The position numbers were made by a program, and so were the translations under genes. DNA of 64,000 bases, taken from positions 5,022,001-5,086,000 of the forward strand of contig OZ059896.1 in assembly GCA_964057225.1 (NCBI GenBank), read 5' to 3'. How positions within the stretch are numbered: the first letter of the stretch is position 1; each line of letters opens with the position of its first letter. The notes beneath the pieces are model-generated. The model had not been told where the DNA came from. It made no database searches and saw only the letters and a list, made by a program, of their open reading frames with translations. This document shows, piece by piece, positions 41,800-56,672 of this stretch. This stretch comes from Auanema rhodensis (taxonomy: Eukaryota; Animalia; Nematoda).

Positions 41800-44700
41800 G
41801 AAAACCGCATCTCTTTATCTTTCAAGTGAAGCGAGTTACATACCAAGTGCACATCACGTGTACACTTAATTAGCATAAATTAAAGTTCACGTAAATTTCA
41901 AAGTCATGGTTACCATGCACCAATATCAATGAAAATTTGTTTTTGGACTAATATGGACATGGGGAATCTAATTTTGAAAACCGCATCTCTTTATCTTTCA
42001 AGTGAAGCGAGTTACATACCAAGTGCACATCACGTGTACATTTAATTAGCATAAATTAAAGTTCACGTAAATTTCAAAGTCATGGTTACCATGAACCAAT
42101 ATCAATAAAAATTTGTTTTTAAACTAATATGGACATGGGGATTCTAATTTTGAAAACCGCATCTCTTTATCTTTCACGTGAAGCGAGTTACATATAAAGT
42201 GCACATCACGTGTACATTTAATTAGCATAAATTAAAGTTCACGTAAAATTCAAAGTCATGGTTACCATGAACCAATATCAATAAAAATTTGTTTTTAAAC
42301 TAATATGGACATGGGGAATCTAATTTTGAAAACCGCATCTCTTTATCTTTCACGTGAAGCGAGTTACATACCTAGTGCACATCACGTGTACATTTAATTA
42401 GTATAAATTAAAGTTCACGTAAATTTCAAAGTCATGGTTACCATGAACCAATATCAATAAAAATTTGTTTTTAGACTAATATGGACATGGGGAATCTAAT
42501 TTTGAAAACCGCATCTCTTTATCTTTCACGTGAAGCGAGTTACATATAAAGTGCACATCACGTGTACATTTAATTAGCATAAATTAAAGTTCACGTAAAT
42601 TTCAAAGTCATGGTTACCATGCACCAATATTAATAAAAATTGGTTTTTAGACTAATATGGACATGGGGAATCTAATTTTGAAAACTACATCTCTTTATCT
42701 TTCACGTGAAGCGAGTTACATACCAAGTGCACATCACGTGTACACTTAATTAGCATAAATTAAAGTTCACGTTAATTTCAAAGTCATGGTTACCATGAAC
42801 CAATATCAATAAAAATTTGTTTTTAGACTAATATGGACATGGGGAATCTAATTTTGAAAACCGCATCTCTTTATCTTTCACGTGAAGCGAGTTACATATA
42901 AAGTGCACATCACGTGTACATTTAATTAGCATAAATTAAAGTTCACGTAAATTTCAAAGTCATGGTTACCATGCACCAATATTAATAAAAATTTGTTTTT
43001 AGACTAATATGGACATGGGGAATCTAATTTTGAAAACCGCATCTCTTTATCTTTCACGTGAAGCGAGTTACATACCAAGTGCACATCACGTGTACACTAA
43101 ATTAGCATAAATTAAAGTTCACGTTAATTTCAAAGTCATGGTTACCATGCACCAATATCAATAAAAATTTGTTTTTAGACTAATTTGGACATGGGGAATC
43201 TAATTTTGAAAACCGCATCTCTTTATCTTTCACGTGAGGCGAGTTACATACCAAGTGCACATCACGTGTACATTTAATTAGCATAAATTAAAGTTCACGT
43301 AAATTTCAAAGTCATGGTTACCATGAACCAATATCAATAAAAATTTGTTTTTAGACTAATATGGACATGGGGAATCTAATTTTGAAAACCGCATCTCTTT
43401 ATCTTTCAAGTGAAGCGAGTTACATACCAAGTGCACATCACGTGTACATTTAATTAGCATAAATTAAAGTTCACGTAAATTTCAAATTCATGGTTACCAT
43501 GAACCAATATCAATAAAAATTTGTTTTTAAACTAATATGGACATGGGGATTCTAATTTTGAAAACCGCATCTCTTTATCTTTCACGTGAAGCGAGTTACA
43601 TACCTAGTGCACATCACGTGTACATTTAATTAGCATAAATTAAAGTTCACGTAAATTTCAAAGTCATGGTTACCATGAACCAATATCAATAAAAATTTGT
43701 TTTTAGACTAATTTGGACATGGGGAATCTAATTTTGAAAACCGCATCTCTTTATCTTTCAAGTGAAGCGAGTTACATACCAAGTGCACATCACGTGTACA
43801 TTTAATTAGCATAAATTAAAGTTCACGTAAATTTCAAATTCATGGTTACCATGAAACAATATCAATAAAAATTTGTTTTTAAACTAATATGGACATGGGG
43901 AATCTAATTTTGAAAACCGCATCTCTTTATCTTTCACGTGAAGCGAGTTACATACCTAGTGCACATCACGTGTACATTTAATTAGCATAAATTAAAGTTC
44001 ACGTAAATTTCAAATTCATGGTTACCATGAACCAATATCAATAAAAATTTGTTTTTAAACTAATATGGACATGGGGATTCTAATTTTGAAAACCGCATCT
44101 CTTTATCTTTCACGTGAAGCGAGTTACATACCTAGTGCACATCACGTGTACATTTAATTAGCATAAATTAAAGTTCACGTAAATTTCAAAGTCATGGTTA
44201 CCATGAACCAATATCAATAAAAATTTGTTTTTAGACTAATTTGGACATGGGGAATCTAATTTTGAAAACCGCATCTCTTTATCTTTCAAGTGAAGCGAGT
44301 TACATACCAAGTGCACATCACGTGTACATTTAATTAGCATAAATTAAAGTTCACGTAAATTTCAAAGTCATGGTTACCATACACCAATATTAATAAAAAT
44401 TTGTTTTTAGACTAATATGGACATGGGGAATCTAATTTTGAAAACCGCATCTCTTTATCTTTCACGTGAAGCGAGTTACATACCAAGTGCACATCACGTG
44501 TACATTTAATTAGCATAAATTAAAGTTCACGTAAATTTCAAAGTCATGGTTACCATGAACCAATATCAATAAAAATTTGTTTTTAGGCTAATTTGGACAT
44601 GGGGAATCTAATTTTGAAAACCGCATCTCTTTATCTTTCAAGTGAAGCGAGTTACATACCAAGTGCACATCACGTGTACATATAATTAGCATAAATTAAA

Positions 44701-47700
44701 GTTCACGTAAAATTCAAAGTCATGGTTACCATGAACCAATATCAATAAAAATTTGTTTTTAAACTAATATGGACATGGGGAATCTAATTTTGAAAACCGC
44801 ATCTCTTTATCTTTCACGTGAAGCGAGTTACATACCTAGTGCACATCACGTGTACATTTAATTAGAATAAATTAAAGTTCACGTAAATTTCAAAGTCATG
44901 GTTACCATGAACCAATATCAATAAAAATTTGTTTTTAGACTAATTTGGACATGGGGAATCTAATTTTGAAAACCGCATCTCTTTATCTTTCAAGTGAAGC
45001 GAGTTACATACCGAGTGCACATCACGTGTACATTTAATTAGCATAAATTAAAGTTCACGTAAATTTCAAAGTCATGGTTACCATGCACCAATATCAATAA
45101 AAATTTGTTTTTAGACTAATTTGGACATGGGGAATCTAATTTTGAAAACCGCATCTCTTTATCTTTCAAGTGAAGCGAGTTACATACCAAGTGCACATCA
45201 CGTGTACATTTAATCAGCATAAATTAAAGTTCACGTAAATTTCAAAGTCATGGTTACCATGAACCAATATCAATAAAAATTTGTTTTTAAACTAATATGG
45301 ACATGGGGAATCTAATTTTGAAAACCGCATCTCTTTATCTTTCACGTGAAGCGAGTTACATACCTAGAGCACATCACGTGTACATTTAATTAGCATAAAT
45401 TAAAGTTCGCGTAAATTTCAAAGTGATGGTTACCATGAACCAATATCAATAAAAATTTGTTTTTAAACTAATATGGACATGGGGAATCTTATTTTGAAAA
45501 CCGCATCCCTTTATCTTTCACGTGAAGCGAGTTACATACCTAGTGCACATCACGTGTACATTTAATTAGCATAAATTAAAGTTCACGTAAATTTCAAAGT
45601 CATGGTTACCATGCACCAATATCAATAAAAATTTGTTTTCAAACTAATATGGACATGGGGATTCTAATTTTGAAAACCGCATCTCTTTATCTTTCACGTG
45701 AAGCGAGTTACATACCTAGTGCACATCACGTGTACATTTAATTAGCATAAATTAAAGTTCACGTAAATTTCAAAGTCATGGTTACCATGAACCAATATCA
45801 ATAAAAATTTGTTTTTAGACTAATTTGGACATGGGGAATCTAATTTTGAAAACCGCATCTCTTTATCTTTCACGTGAAGCGAGTTACATATAAAGTGCAC
45901 ATCACGTGTACATTTAATTAGCATAAATTAAAGTTCACGTAAATTTCAAAGTCATGGTTACCATGCACCAATATTAATAAAAATTTGTTTTTAGACTAAT
46001 TTGGACATGGGGAATCTAATTTTGAAAACCGCATCTCTTTATCTTTCACGTGAAGCGAGTTACATACCAAGTGCACATCACGTGTACATTTAATTAGCAT
46101 AAATTAAAGTTCACGTAAATTTCAAAGTCATGGTTACCATGAACCAATATCAATAAAAATTTGTTTTTAGACTAATATGGACATGGGGAATCTAATTTTG
46201 AAAACCGCATCTCTTTATCTTTCAAGTGAAGCGAGTTACATACCAAGTGCACATCACGTGTACACTTAATTAGCATAAATTAAAGTTCACGTAAATTTCA
46301 AAGTCATGGTTACCATGCACCAATATCAATGAAAATTTGTTTTTGGACTAATATGGACATGGGGAATCTAATTTTGAAAACCGCATCTCTTTATCTTTCA
46401 AGTGAAGCGAGTTACATACCAAGTGCACATCACGTGTACATTTAATTAGCATAAATTAAAGTTCACGTAAATTTCAAAGTCATGGTTACCATGAACCAAT
46501 ATCAATAAAAATTTGTTTTTAAACTAATATGGACATGGGGATTCTAATTTTGAAAACCGCATCTCTTTATCTTTCACGTGAAGCGAGTTACATATAAAGT
46601 GCACATCACGTGTACATTTAATTAGCATAAATTAAAGTTCACGTAAAATTCAAAGTCATGGTTACCATGAACCAATATCAATAAAAATTTGTTTTTAAAC
46701 TAATATGGACATGGGGAATCTAATTTTGAAAACCGCATCTCTTTATCTTTCACGTGAAGCGAGTTACATACCTAGTGCACATCACGTGTACATTTAATTA
46801 GCATAAATTAAAGTTCACGTAAATTTCAAAGTCATGGTTACCATGAACCAATATCAATAAAAATTTGTTTTTAGACTAATATGGACATGGGGAATCTAAT
46901 TTTGAAAACCGCATCTCTTTATCTTTCACGTGAAGCGAGTTACATATAAAGTGCACATCACGTGTACATTTAATTAGCATAAATTAAAGTTCACGTAAAT
47001 TTCAAAGTCATGGTTACCATGCACCAATATTAATAAAAATTGGTTTTTAGACTAATATGGACATGGGGAATCTAATTTTGAAAACTGCATCTCTTTATCT
47101 TTCACGTGAAGCGAGTTACATACCAAGTGCACATCACGTGTACACTTAATTAGCATAAATTAAAGTTCACGTTAATTTCAAAGTCATGGTTACCATGAAC
47201 CAATATCAATAAAAATTTGTTTTTAGACTAATATGGACATGGGGAATCTAATTTTGAAAACCGCATCTCTTTATCTTTCACGTGAAGCGAGTTACATATA
47301 AAGTGCACATCACGTGTACATTTAATTAGCATAAATTAAAGTTCACGTAAATTTCAAAGTCATGGTTACCATGCACCAATATTAATAAAAATTTGTTTTT
47401 AGACTAATATGGACATGGGGAATCTAATTTTGAAAACCGCATCTCTTTATCTTTCACGTGAAGCGAGTTACATACCAAGTGCACATCACGTGTACACTAA
47501 ATTAGCATAAATTAAAGTTCACGTTAATTTCAAAGTCATGGTTACCATGCACCAATATCAATAAAAATTTGTTTTTAGACTAATTTGGACATGGGGAATC
47601 TAATTTTGAAAACCGCATCTCTTTATCTTTCACGTGAGGCGAGTTACATACCAAGTGCACATCACGTGTACATTTAATTAGCATAAATTAAAGTTCACGT

Positions 47701-49820
47701 AAATTTCAAAGTCATGGTTACCATGAACCAATATCAATAAAAATTTGTTTTTAGACTAATATGGACATGGGGAATCTAATTTTGAAAACCGCATCTCTTT
47801 ATCTTTCAAGTGAAGCGAGTTACATACCAAGTGCACATCACGTGTACATTTAATTAGCATAAATTAAAGTTCACGTAAATTTCAAATTCATGGTTACCAT
47901 GAACCAATATCAATAAAAATTTGTTTTTAAACTAATATGGACATGGGGATTCTAATTTTGAAAACCGCATCTCTTTATCTTTCACGTGAAGCGAGTTACA
48001 TACCTAGTGCACATCACGTGTACATTTAATTAGCATAAATTAAAGTTCACGTAAATTTCAAAGTCATGGTTACCATGAACCAATATCAATAAAAATCTGT
48101 TTTTAGACTAATTTGGACATGGGGAATCTAATTTTGAAAACCGCATCTCTTTATCTTTCAAGTGAAGCGAGTTACATACCAAGTGCACATCACGTGTACA
48201 TTTAATTAGCATAAATTAAAGTTCACGTAAATTTCAAATTCATGGTTACCATGAACCAATATCAATAAAAATTTGTTTTTAAACTAATATGGACATGGGG
48301 AATCTAATTTTGAAAACCGCATCTCTTTATCTTTCACGTGAAGCGAGTTACATACCTAGTGCACATCACGTGTACATTTAATTAGCATAAATTAAAGTTC
48401 ACGTAAATTTCAAATTCATGGTTACCATGAACCAATATCAATAAAAATTTGTTTTTAAACTAATATGGACATGGGGATTCTAATTTTGAAAACCGCATCT
48501 CTTTATCTTTCACGTGAAGCGAGTTACATACCTAGTGCACATCACGTGTACATTTAATTAGCATAAATTAAAGTTCACGTAAATTTCAAAGTCATGGTTA
48601 CCATGAACCAATATCAATAAAAATTTGTTTTTAGACTAATTTGGACATGGGGAATCTAATTTTGAAAACCGCATCTCTTTATCTTTCAAGTGAAGCGAGT
48701 TACATACCAAGTGCACATCACGTGTACATTTAATTAGCATAAATTAAAGTTCACGTAAATTTCAAAGTCATGGTTACCATACACCAATATTAATAAAAAT
48801 TTGTTTTTAGACTAATATGGACATGGGGAATCTAATTTTGAAAACCGCATCTCTTTTTCTTTCACGTGAAGCGAGTTACATACCAAGTGCACATCACGTG
48901 TACATTTAATTAGCATAAATTAAAGTTCACGTAAATTTCAAAGTCATGGTTACCATGAACCAATATCAATAAAAATTTGTTTTTAGGCTAATTTGGACAT
49001 GGGGAATCTAATTTTGAAAACCGCATCTCTTTATCTTTCAAGTGAAGCGAGTTACATACCAAGTGCACATCACGTGTACATATAATTAGCATAAATTAAA
49101 GTTCACGTAAAATTCAAAGTCATGGTTACCATGAACCAATATCAATAAAAATTTGTTTTTAAACTAATATGGACATGGGGAATCTAATTTTGAAAACCGC
49201 ATCTCTTTATCTTTCACGTGAAGCGAGTTACATACCTAGTGCACATCACGTGTACATTTAATTAGAATAAATTAAAGTTCACGTAAATTTCAAAGTCATG
49301 GTTACCATGAACCAATATCAATAAAAATTTGTTTTTAGACTAATTTGGACATGGGGAATCTAATTTTGAAAACCGCATCTCTTTATCTTTCAAGTGAAGC
49401 GAGTTACATACCGAGTGCACATCACGTGTACATTTAATTAGCATAAATTAAAGTTCACGTAAATTTCAAAGTCATGGTTACCATGCACCAATATCAATAA
49501 AAATTTGTTTTTAGACTAATTTGGACATGGGGAATCTAATTTTGAAAACCGCATCTCTTTATCTTTCAAGTGAAGCGAGTTACATACCAAGTGCACATCA
49601 CGTGTACATTTAATCAGCATAAATTAAAGTTCACGTAAATTTCAAAGTCATGGTTACCATGAAAAAATATCAATAAAAATTTGTTTTTAAACTAATATGG
49701 ACATGGGGAATCTAATTTTGAAAACCGCATCTCTTTATCTTTCACGTGAAGCGAGTTACATACCTAGAGCACATCACGTGTACATTTAATTAGCATAAAT
49801 TAAAGTTCGCGTAAATTTCA
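41800..49820 (+). repeat. Near-tandem duplication of ~20.5 monomers (~3.6 kb), period 25 monomers (4400 bp)
   Basis: A57G at 41945 and 46345; A118G at 43238 and 47638; A1G at 45409 and 49809. Many other rare alleles share this offset (TTAGGCT, TATAATT, TAGAATA, CCGAGTG, AATCAGC, TAGAGCAC). Boundaries are approximate. Confidence 0.9.
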
Positions 49821-52800
49821 AAGTCATGGTTACCATGAACCAATATCAATAAAAATTTGTTTTTAGACTAATTTGGACATGGGGAATCTAATTTTGAAAA
49901 CCGCATCTCTTTATCTTTCACGTGAAGCGAGTTACATATAAAGTGCACATCACGTGTACATTTAATTAGCATAAATTAAAGTTCACGTAATTTTCAAACT
50001 CATGGTTACCATGAACCAATATCAATAAAAATTTGTTTTTAGACTAATTTGGACATGGGGAATCTAATTTTGAAAACCGCATCTCTTTATCTTTCACGTG
50101 AAGCGAGTTACATATAAAGTGCACATCACGTGTACATTTAATCAGCATAAATTAAAGTTCACGTAAATTTCAAAGTCATGGTTACCATGAACCAATATCA
50201 ATAAAAATTTGTTTTTAAACTAATATGGACATGGGGAATCTAATTTTGAAAACCGCATCTCTTTATCTTTCACGTGAAGCGAGTTACATACCTAGTGCAC
50301 ATCACGTGTACATTTAATTAGCATAAATTAAAGTTCACGTAAATTTCAAAGTCATGGTTACCATGAACCAATATCAATAAAAATTTGTTTTTAGACTAAT
50401 TTGGACATGGGGAATCTAATTTTAAAAACCGCATCTCTTTATCTTTCACGTGAAGCGAGTTACATATAAAGTGCACATCACGTGTACATTTAATTAGCAT
50501 AAATTAAAGTTCACGTAAATTTCAAAGTCATGGTTACCATGCACCAATATTAATAAAAATTTGTTTTTAGACTAATTTGGACATGGGGAATCTAATTTTG
50601 AAAACCGCATCTCTTTATCTTTCACGTGATGCGAGTTACATACCAAGTGCACATCACGTGTACATTTAATTAGCATAAATTAAAGTTCACGTAAATTTCA
50701 AAGTCATGGTTACCATGAACCAATATCAATAAAAATTTGTTTTTAGACTAATATGGACATGGGGAATCTAATTTTGAAAACCGAATCTCTTTATCTTTCA
50801 CGTGAAGCGAGTTACATACCTAGAGCACATCACGTGTACACTTAATTAGCATAAATTAAAGTTCACGTAAATTTCAAAGTCATGGTTACCATGCACCAAT
50901 ATTAATAAAAATTTGTTTTTAGACTAATTTGGACATGGGGATTCTAATTTTGAAAACCGCATCTCTTTATCTTTCACGTGAAGCGAGTTACATACCTAGT
51001 GCACATCACGTGTACATTTAATTAGCATGAATTAAAGTTCACGTAAATTTCAAAGTCATGGTTACCATGAACCAATATCAATAAAAATTTGTTTTTAGAC
51101 TAATATGGACATGGGGAATCTAATTTTGAAAACCGAATCTCTTCATCTTTCACGTGAAGCGAGTTACATACCAAGTGCACATCACGTGTACATTTAATTA
51201 GCATAAATTAAAGTTCACGTAAATTTCAAAGTCATGGTTACCATGAACCAATATCAATAAAAATTTGTTTTTAGACTAATATGGACATGGGGAATCTAAT
51301 TTTGAAAACCGCATCTCTTTATCTTTCACGTGAAGCGAGTTACATACCAAGTGCACATCACGTGTACATTTAATTAGCATAAATTAAAGTTCACGTAAAT
51401 TTCAAAGTCATGGTTACCATGCACCAATATCAATAAAAATTTGTTTTTAGACTAATATGGACATGGGGAATCTAATTTTGAAAACCGCATCTCTTTATCT
51501 TTCACGTGAAGCGAGTTACATACCAAGTGCACATCACGTGTACATTTAATTAGCATAAAGTAAAGTTCACGTAAATTTCAAAGTCATGGTTACCATGCAC
51601 CAATATCAATAAAAATTTGTTTTTAGACTAATATGGACATGGGGAATCTAATTTTGAAAATCGCATCTCTTTATCTTTCACGTGAAGCGAGTTACATACC
51701 AAGTGCACATCACGTGTACATTTAATTAGCATAAATTAAAGTTCACGTAAATTTCAAAGTCATGGTTACCATGAACCAATATCAATAAAAATATGTTTTT
51801 AGACTAATATGGACATGGGGAATCTAATTTTGAAAACCGCATCTCTTTATCTTTCACGTGAAGCGAGTTACATACCAAGTGCACATCACGTGTACATTTA
51901 ATTAGCATAAATTAAAGTTCGCGTAAATTTCAAAGTCATGGTTACCATGAACCAATATCAATAAAAATTTGTTTTTAGACTAATTTGGACATGGGGAATC
52001 TAATTTTGAAAACCGCATCTCTTTATCTTTCACGTGAAGCGAGTTACATATAAAGTGCACATCACGTGTACATTTAATTAGCATAAATTAAAGTTCACGT
52101 AATTTTCAAACTCATGGTTACCATGAACCAATATCAATAAAAATTTGTTTTTAGACTAATTTGGACATGGGGAATCTAATTTTGAAAACCGCATCTCTTT
52201 ATCTTTCACGTGAAGCGAGTTACATATAAAGTGCACATCACGTGTACATTTAATCAGCATAAATTAAAGTTCACGTAAATTTCAAAGTCATGGTTACCAT
52301 GAACCAATATCAATGAAAATTTGTTTTTAAACTAATATGGACATGGGGAATCTAATTTTGAAAACCGCATCTCTTTATCTTTCACGTGAAGCGAGTTACA
52401 TACCTAGTGCACATCACGTGTACATTTAATTAGCATAAATTAAAGTTCACGTAAATTTCAAAGTCATGGTTACCATGAACCAATATCAATAAAAATTTAT
52501 TTTTAGACTAATTTGGACATGGGGAATCTAATTTTGAAAACCGCATCTCTTTATCTTTCACGTGAAGCGAGTTACATATAAAGTGCACATCACGTGTACA
52601 TTTAATTAGCATAAATTAAAGTTCACGTAAATTTCAAAGTCATGGTTACCATGCACCAATATTAATAAAAATTTGTTTTTAGACTAATTTGGACATGGGG
52701 AATCTAATTTTGAAAACCGCATCTCTTTATCTTTCACGTGAAGCGAGTTACATACCAAGTGCACATCACGTGTACATTTAATTAGCATAAATTAAAGTTC

Positions 52801-54032
52801 ACGTAAATTTCAAAGTCATGGTTACCATGAACCAATATCAATAAAAATTTGTTTTTAGACTAATATGGACATGGGGAATCTAATTTTGAAAACCGAATCT
52901 CTTTATCTTTCACGTGAAGCGAGTTACATACCTAGAGCACATCACGTGTACACTTAATTAGCATAAATTAAAGTTCACGTAAATTTCAAAGTCATGGTTA
53001 CCATGCACCAATATTAATAAAAATTTGTTTTTAGACTAATTTGGACATGGGGATTCTAATTTTGAAAACCGCATCTCTTTATCTTTCACGTGAAGCGAGT
53101 TACATACCTAGTGCACATCACGTGTACATTTAATTAGCATGAATTAAAGTTCACGTAAATTTCAAAGTCATGGTTACCATGAACCAATATCAATAAAAAT
53201 TTGTTTTTAGACTAATATGGACATGGGGAATCTAATTTTGAAAACCGAATCTCTTTATCTTTCACGTGAAGCGAGTTACATACCAAGTGCACATCACGTG
53301 TACATTTAATTAGCATAAATTAAAGTTCACGTAAATTTCAAAGTCATGGTTACCATGAACCAATATCAATAAAAATTTGTTTTTAGACTAATATGGACAT
53401 GGGGAATCTAATTTTGAAAACCGCATCTCTTTATCTTTCACGTGAAGCGAGTTACATACCAAGTGCACATCACGTGTACATTTAATTAGCATAAATTAAA
53501 GTTCACGTAAATTTCAAAGTCATGGTTACCATGCACCAATATCAATAAAAATTTGTTTTTAGACTAATATGGACATGGGGAATCTAATTTTGAAAACCGC
53601 ATCTCTTTATCTTTCACGTGAAGCGAGTTACATACCAAGTGCACATCACGTGTACATTTAATTAGCATAAAGTAAAGTTCACGTAAATTTCAAAGTCATG
53701 GTTACCATGCACCAATATCAATAAAAATTTGTTTTTAGACTAATATGGACATGGGGAATCTAATTTTGAAAATCGCATCTCTTTATCTTTCACGTGAAGC
53801 GAGTTACATACCAAGTGCACATCACGTGTACATTTAATTAGCATAAATTAAAGTTCACGTAAATTTCAAAGTCATGGTTACCATGAACCAATATCAATAA
53901 AAATATGTTTTTAGACTAATATGGACATGGGGAATCTAATTTTGAAAACCGCATCTCTTTATCTTTCACGTGAAGCGAGTTACATACCAAGTGCACATCA
54001 CGTGTACATTTAATTAGCATAAATTAAAGTTC
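49809..54032 (+). repeat. Tandem duplication, period 12 monomers (2112 bp)
   Basis: A1G at 49809 and 51921; AATTTTCAAACT monomer at M285 and M297; C96A, A165G, T168G, C93T and T49A repeat at the same offset. About 5 differences between copies. Confidence 0.9.
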
Positions 54033-56672
54033 ACGTAAATTTCAAAGTCATGGTTACCATACACCAATATTAATAAAAATTTGTTTTTAGACTAATATGG
54101 ACATGGGGAATCTAATTTTGAAAACCGCATCTCTTTATCTTTCACGTGAAGCGAGTTACATACCAAGTGCACATCACGTGTACATTTAATTAGCATAAAT
54201 TAAAGTTCACGTAAATTTCAAAGTCATGGTTACCATACACCAATATCAATAAAAATATGTTTTTAGACTAATATGGACATGGGGAATCTAATTTTGAAAA
54301 CCGCATCTCTTTATCTTTCACGTGAAGCGAGTTACATACCAAGTGCACATCACGTGTACATTTAATTAGCATAAATTAAAGTTCACGTAAATTTCAAAGT
54401 CATGGTTACCATGAACCAATATCAATAAAAATTTGTTTTTAGACTAATATGGACATGGGGAATCTAATTTTGAAAACCGCATCTCTTTATCTTTCACGTG
54501 AAGCGAGTTACATACCAAGTGCACATCACGTGTACATTTAATTAGCATAAATTAAAGTTCACGTAAATTTCAAAGTCATGGTTACCATGCACCAATATCA
54601 ATAAAAATTTGTTTTTAGACTAATATGGACATGGGGAATCTAATTTTGAAAACCGCATCTCTTTATCTTTCACGTGAAGCGAGTTACATACCAAGTGCAC
54701 ATCACGTGTACATTTAATTAGCATAAATTAAAGTTCACGTAAATTTCAAAGTCATGGTTACCATGCACCAATATCAATAAAAATTTGTTTTTAGACTAAT
54801 ATGGACATGGGGAATCTAATTTTGAAAACCGCATCTCTTTATCTTTCACGTGAAGCGAGTTACATACCAAGTGCACATCACGTGTACATTTAATTAGCAT
54901 AAAGTAAAGTTCACGTAAATTTCAAAGTCATGGTTACCATGCACCAATATCAATAAAAATTTGTTTTTAGACTAATATGGACATGGGGAATCTAATTTTG
55001 AAAATCGCATCTCTTTATCTTTCACGTGAAGCGAGTTACATACCAAGTGCACATCACGTGTACATTTAATTAGCATAAATTAAAGTTCACGTAAATTTCA
55101 AAGTCATGGTTACCATGAACCAATATCAATAAAAATTTGTTTTTAGACTAATATGGACATGGGGAATCTAATTTTGAAAACCGCATCTCTTTATCTTTCA
55201 CGTGAAGCGAGTTACATACCAAGTGCACATCACGTGTACATTTAATTAGCATAAATTAAAGTTCACGTAAATTTCAAAGTCATGGTTACCATGCACCAAT
55301 ATTAATAAAAATTTGTTTTTAGACTAATATGGACATGAGGAATCTAATTTTGAAAACCGCATCTCTTTATCTTTCACGTGAAGCGAGTTACATACCAAGT
55401 GCACATCACGTGTACATTTAATTAGCATAAATTAAAGTTCACGTAAATTTCAAAGTCATGGTTACCATGAACCAATATCAATAAAAATTTGTTTTTAGAC
55501 TAATATGGACATGGGGAATCTAATTTTGAAAACCGCATCTCTTTATCTTTCAAGTGAAGCGAGTTACATACCAAGTGCACATCACGTGTACATTTAATTA
55601 GCATAAATTAAAGTTCACGTAAATTTCAAAGTCATGGTTACCATGCACCAATATCAATAAAAATTTGTTTTTAGACTAATATGGACATGGGGAATCTAAT
55701 TTTGAAAACCGCATCTCTTTATCTTTCACGTGAAGCGAGTTACATACCAAGTGCACATCACGTGTACATTTAATTAGCATAAATTAAAGTTCACGTAAAT
55801 TTCAAAGTCATGGTTACCATGCACCAATATTAATAAAAATTTGTTTTTAGACTAATATGGACATGGGGAATCTAATTTTGAAAACCGCATCTCTTTATCT
55901 TTCACGTGAAGCGAGTTACATACCAAGTGCACATCACGTGTACATTTAATTAGCATAAATTAAAGTTCACGTAAATTTCAAAGTCATGGTTACCATGAAC
56001 CAATATCAATAAAAATTTGTTTTTAGACTAATATGGACATGGGGAATCTAATTTTGAAAACCGCATCTCTTTATCTTTCAAGTGAAGCGAGTTACATACC
56101 AAGTGCACATCACGTGTACATTTAATTAGCATAAATTAAAGTTCACGTAAATTTCAAAGTCATGGTTACCATGCACCAATATCAATAAAAATTTGTTTTT
56201 AGACTAATATGGATATGGGGAATCTAATTTTGAAAACCGCATCTCTTTATCTTTCACGTGAAGCGAGGTACATACCAAGTGCACATCACGTGTACATTTA
56301 ATTAGCATAAATTAAAGTTCACGTAAATTTCAAAGTCATGGTTACCATGCACCAATATCAATAAAAATTTGTTTTTAGACTAATATGGACATGGGGAATC
56401 TAATTTTGAAAACCGCATCTCTTTATCTTTCACGTGAAGCGAGTTACATACCAAGTGCACATCACGTGTACATTTAATTAGCATAAATTAAAGTTCACGT
56501 AAATTTCAAAGTCATGGTTACCATGCACCAATATTAATAAAAATTTGTTTTTAGACTAATATGGACATGGGGAATCTAATTTTGAAAACCGCATCTCTTT
56601 ATCTTTCACGTGAAGCGAGTTACATACCAAGTGCACATCACGTGTACATTTAATTAGCATAAATTAAAGTTC

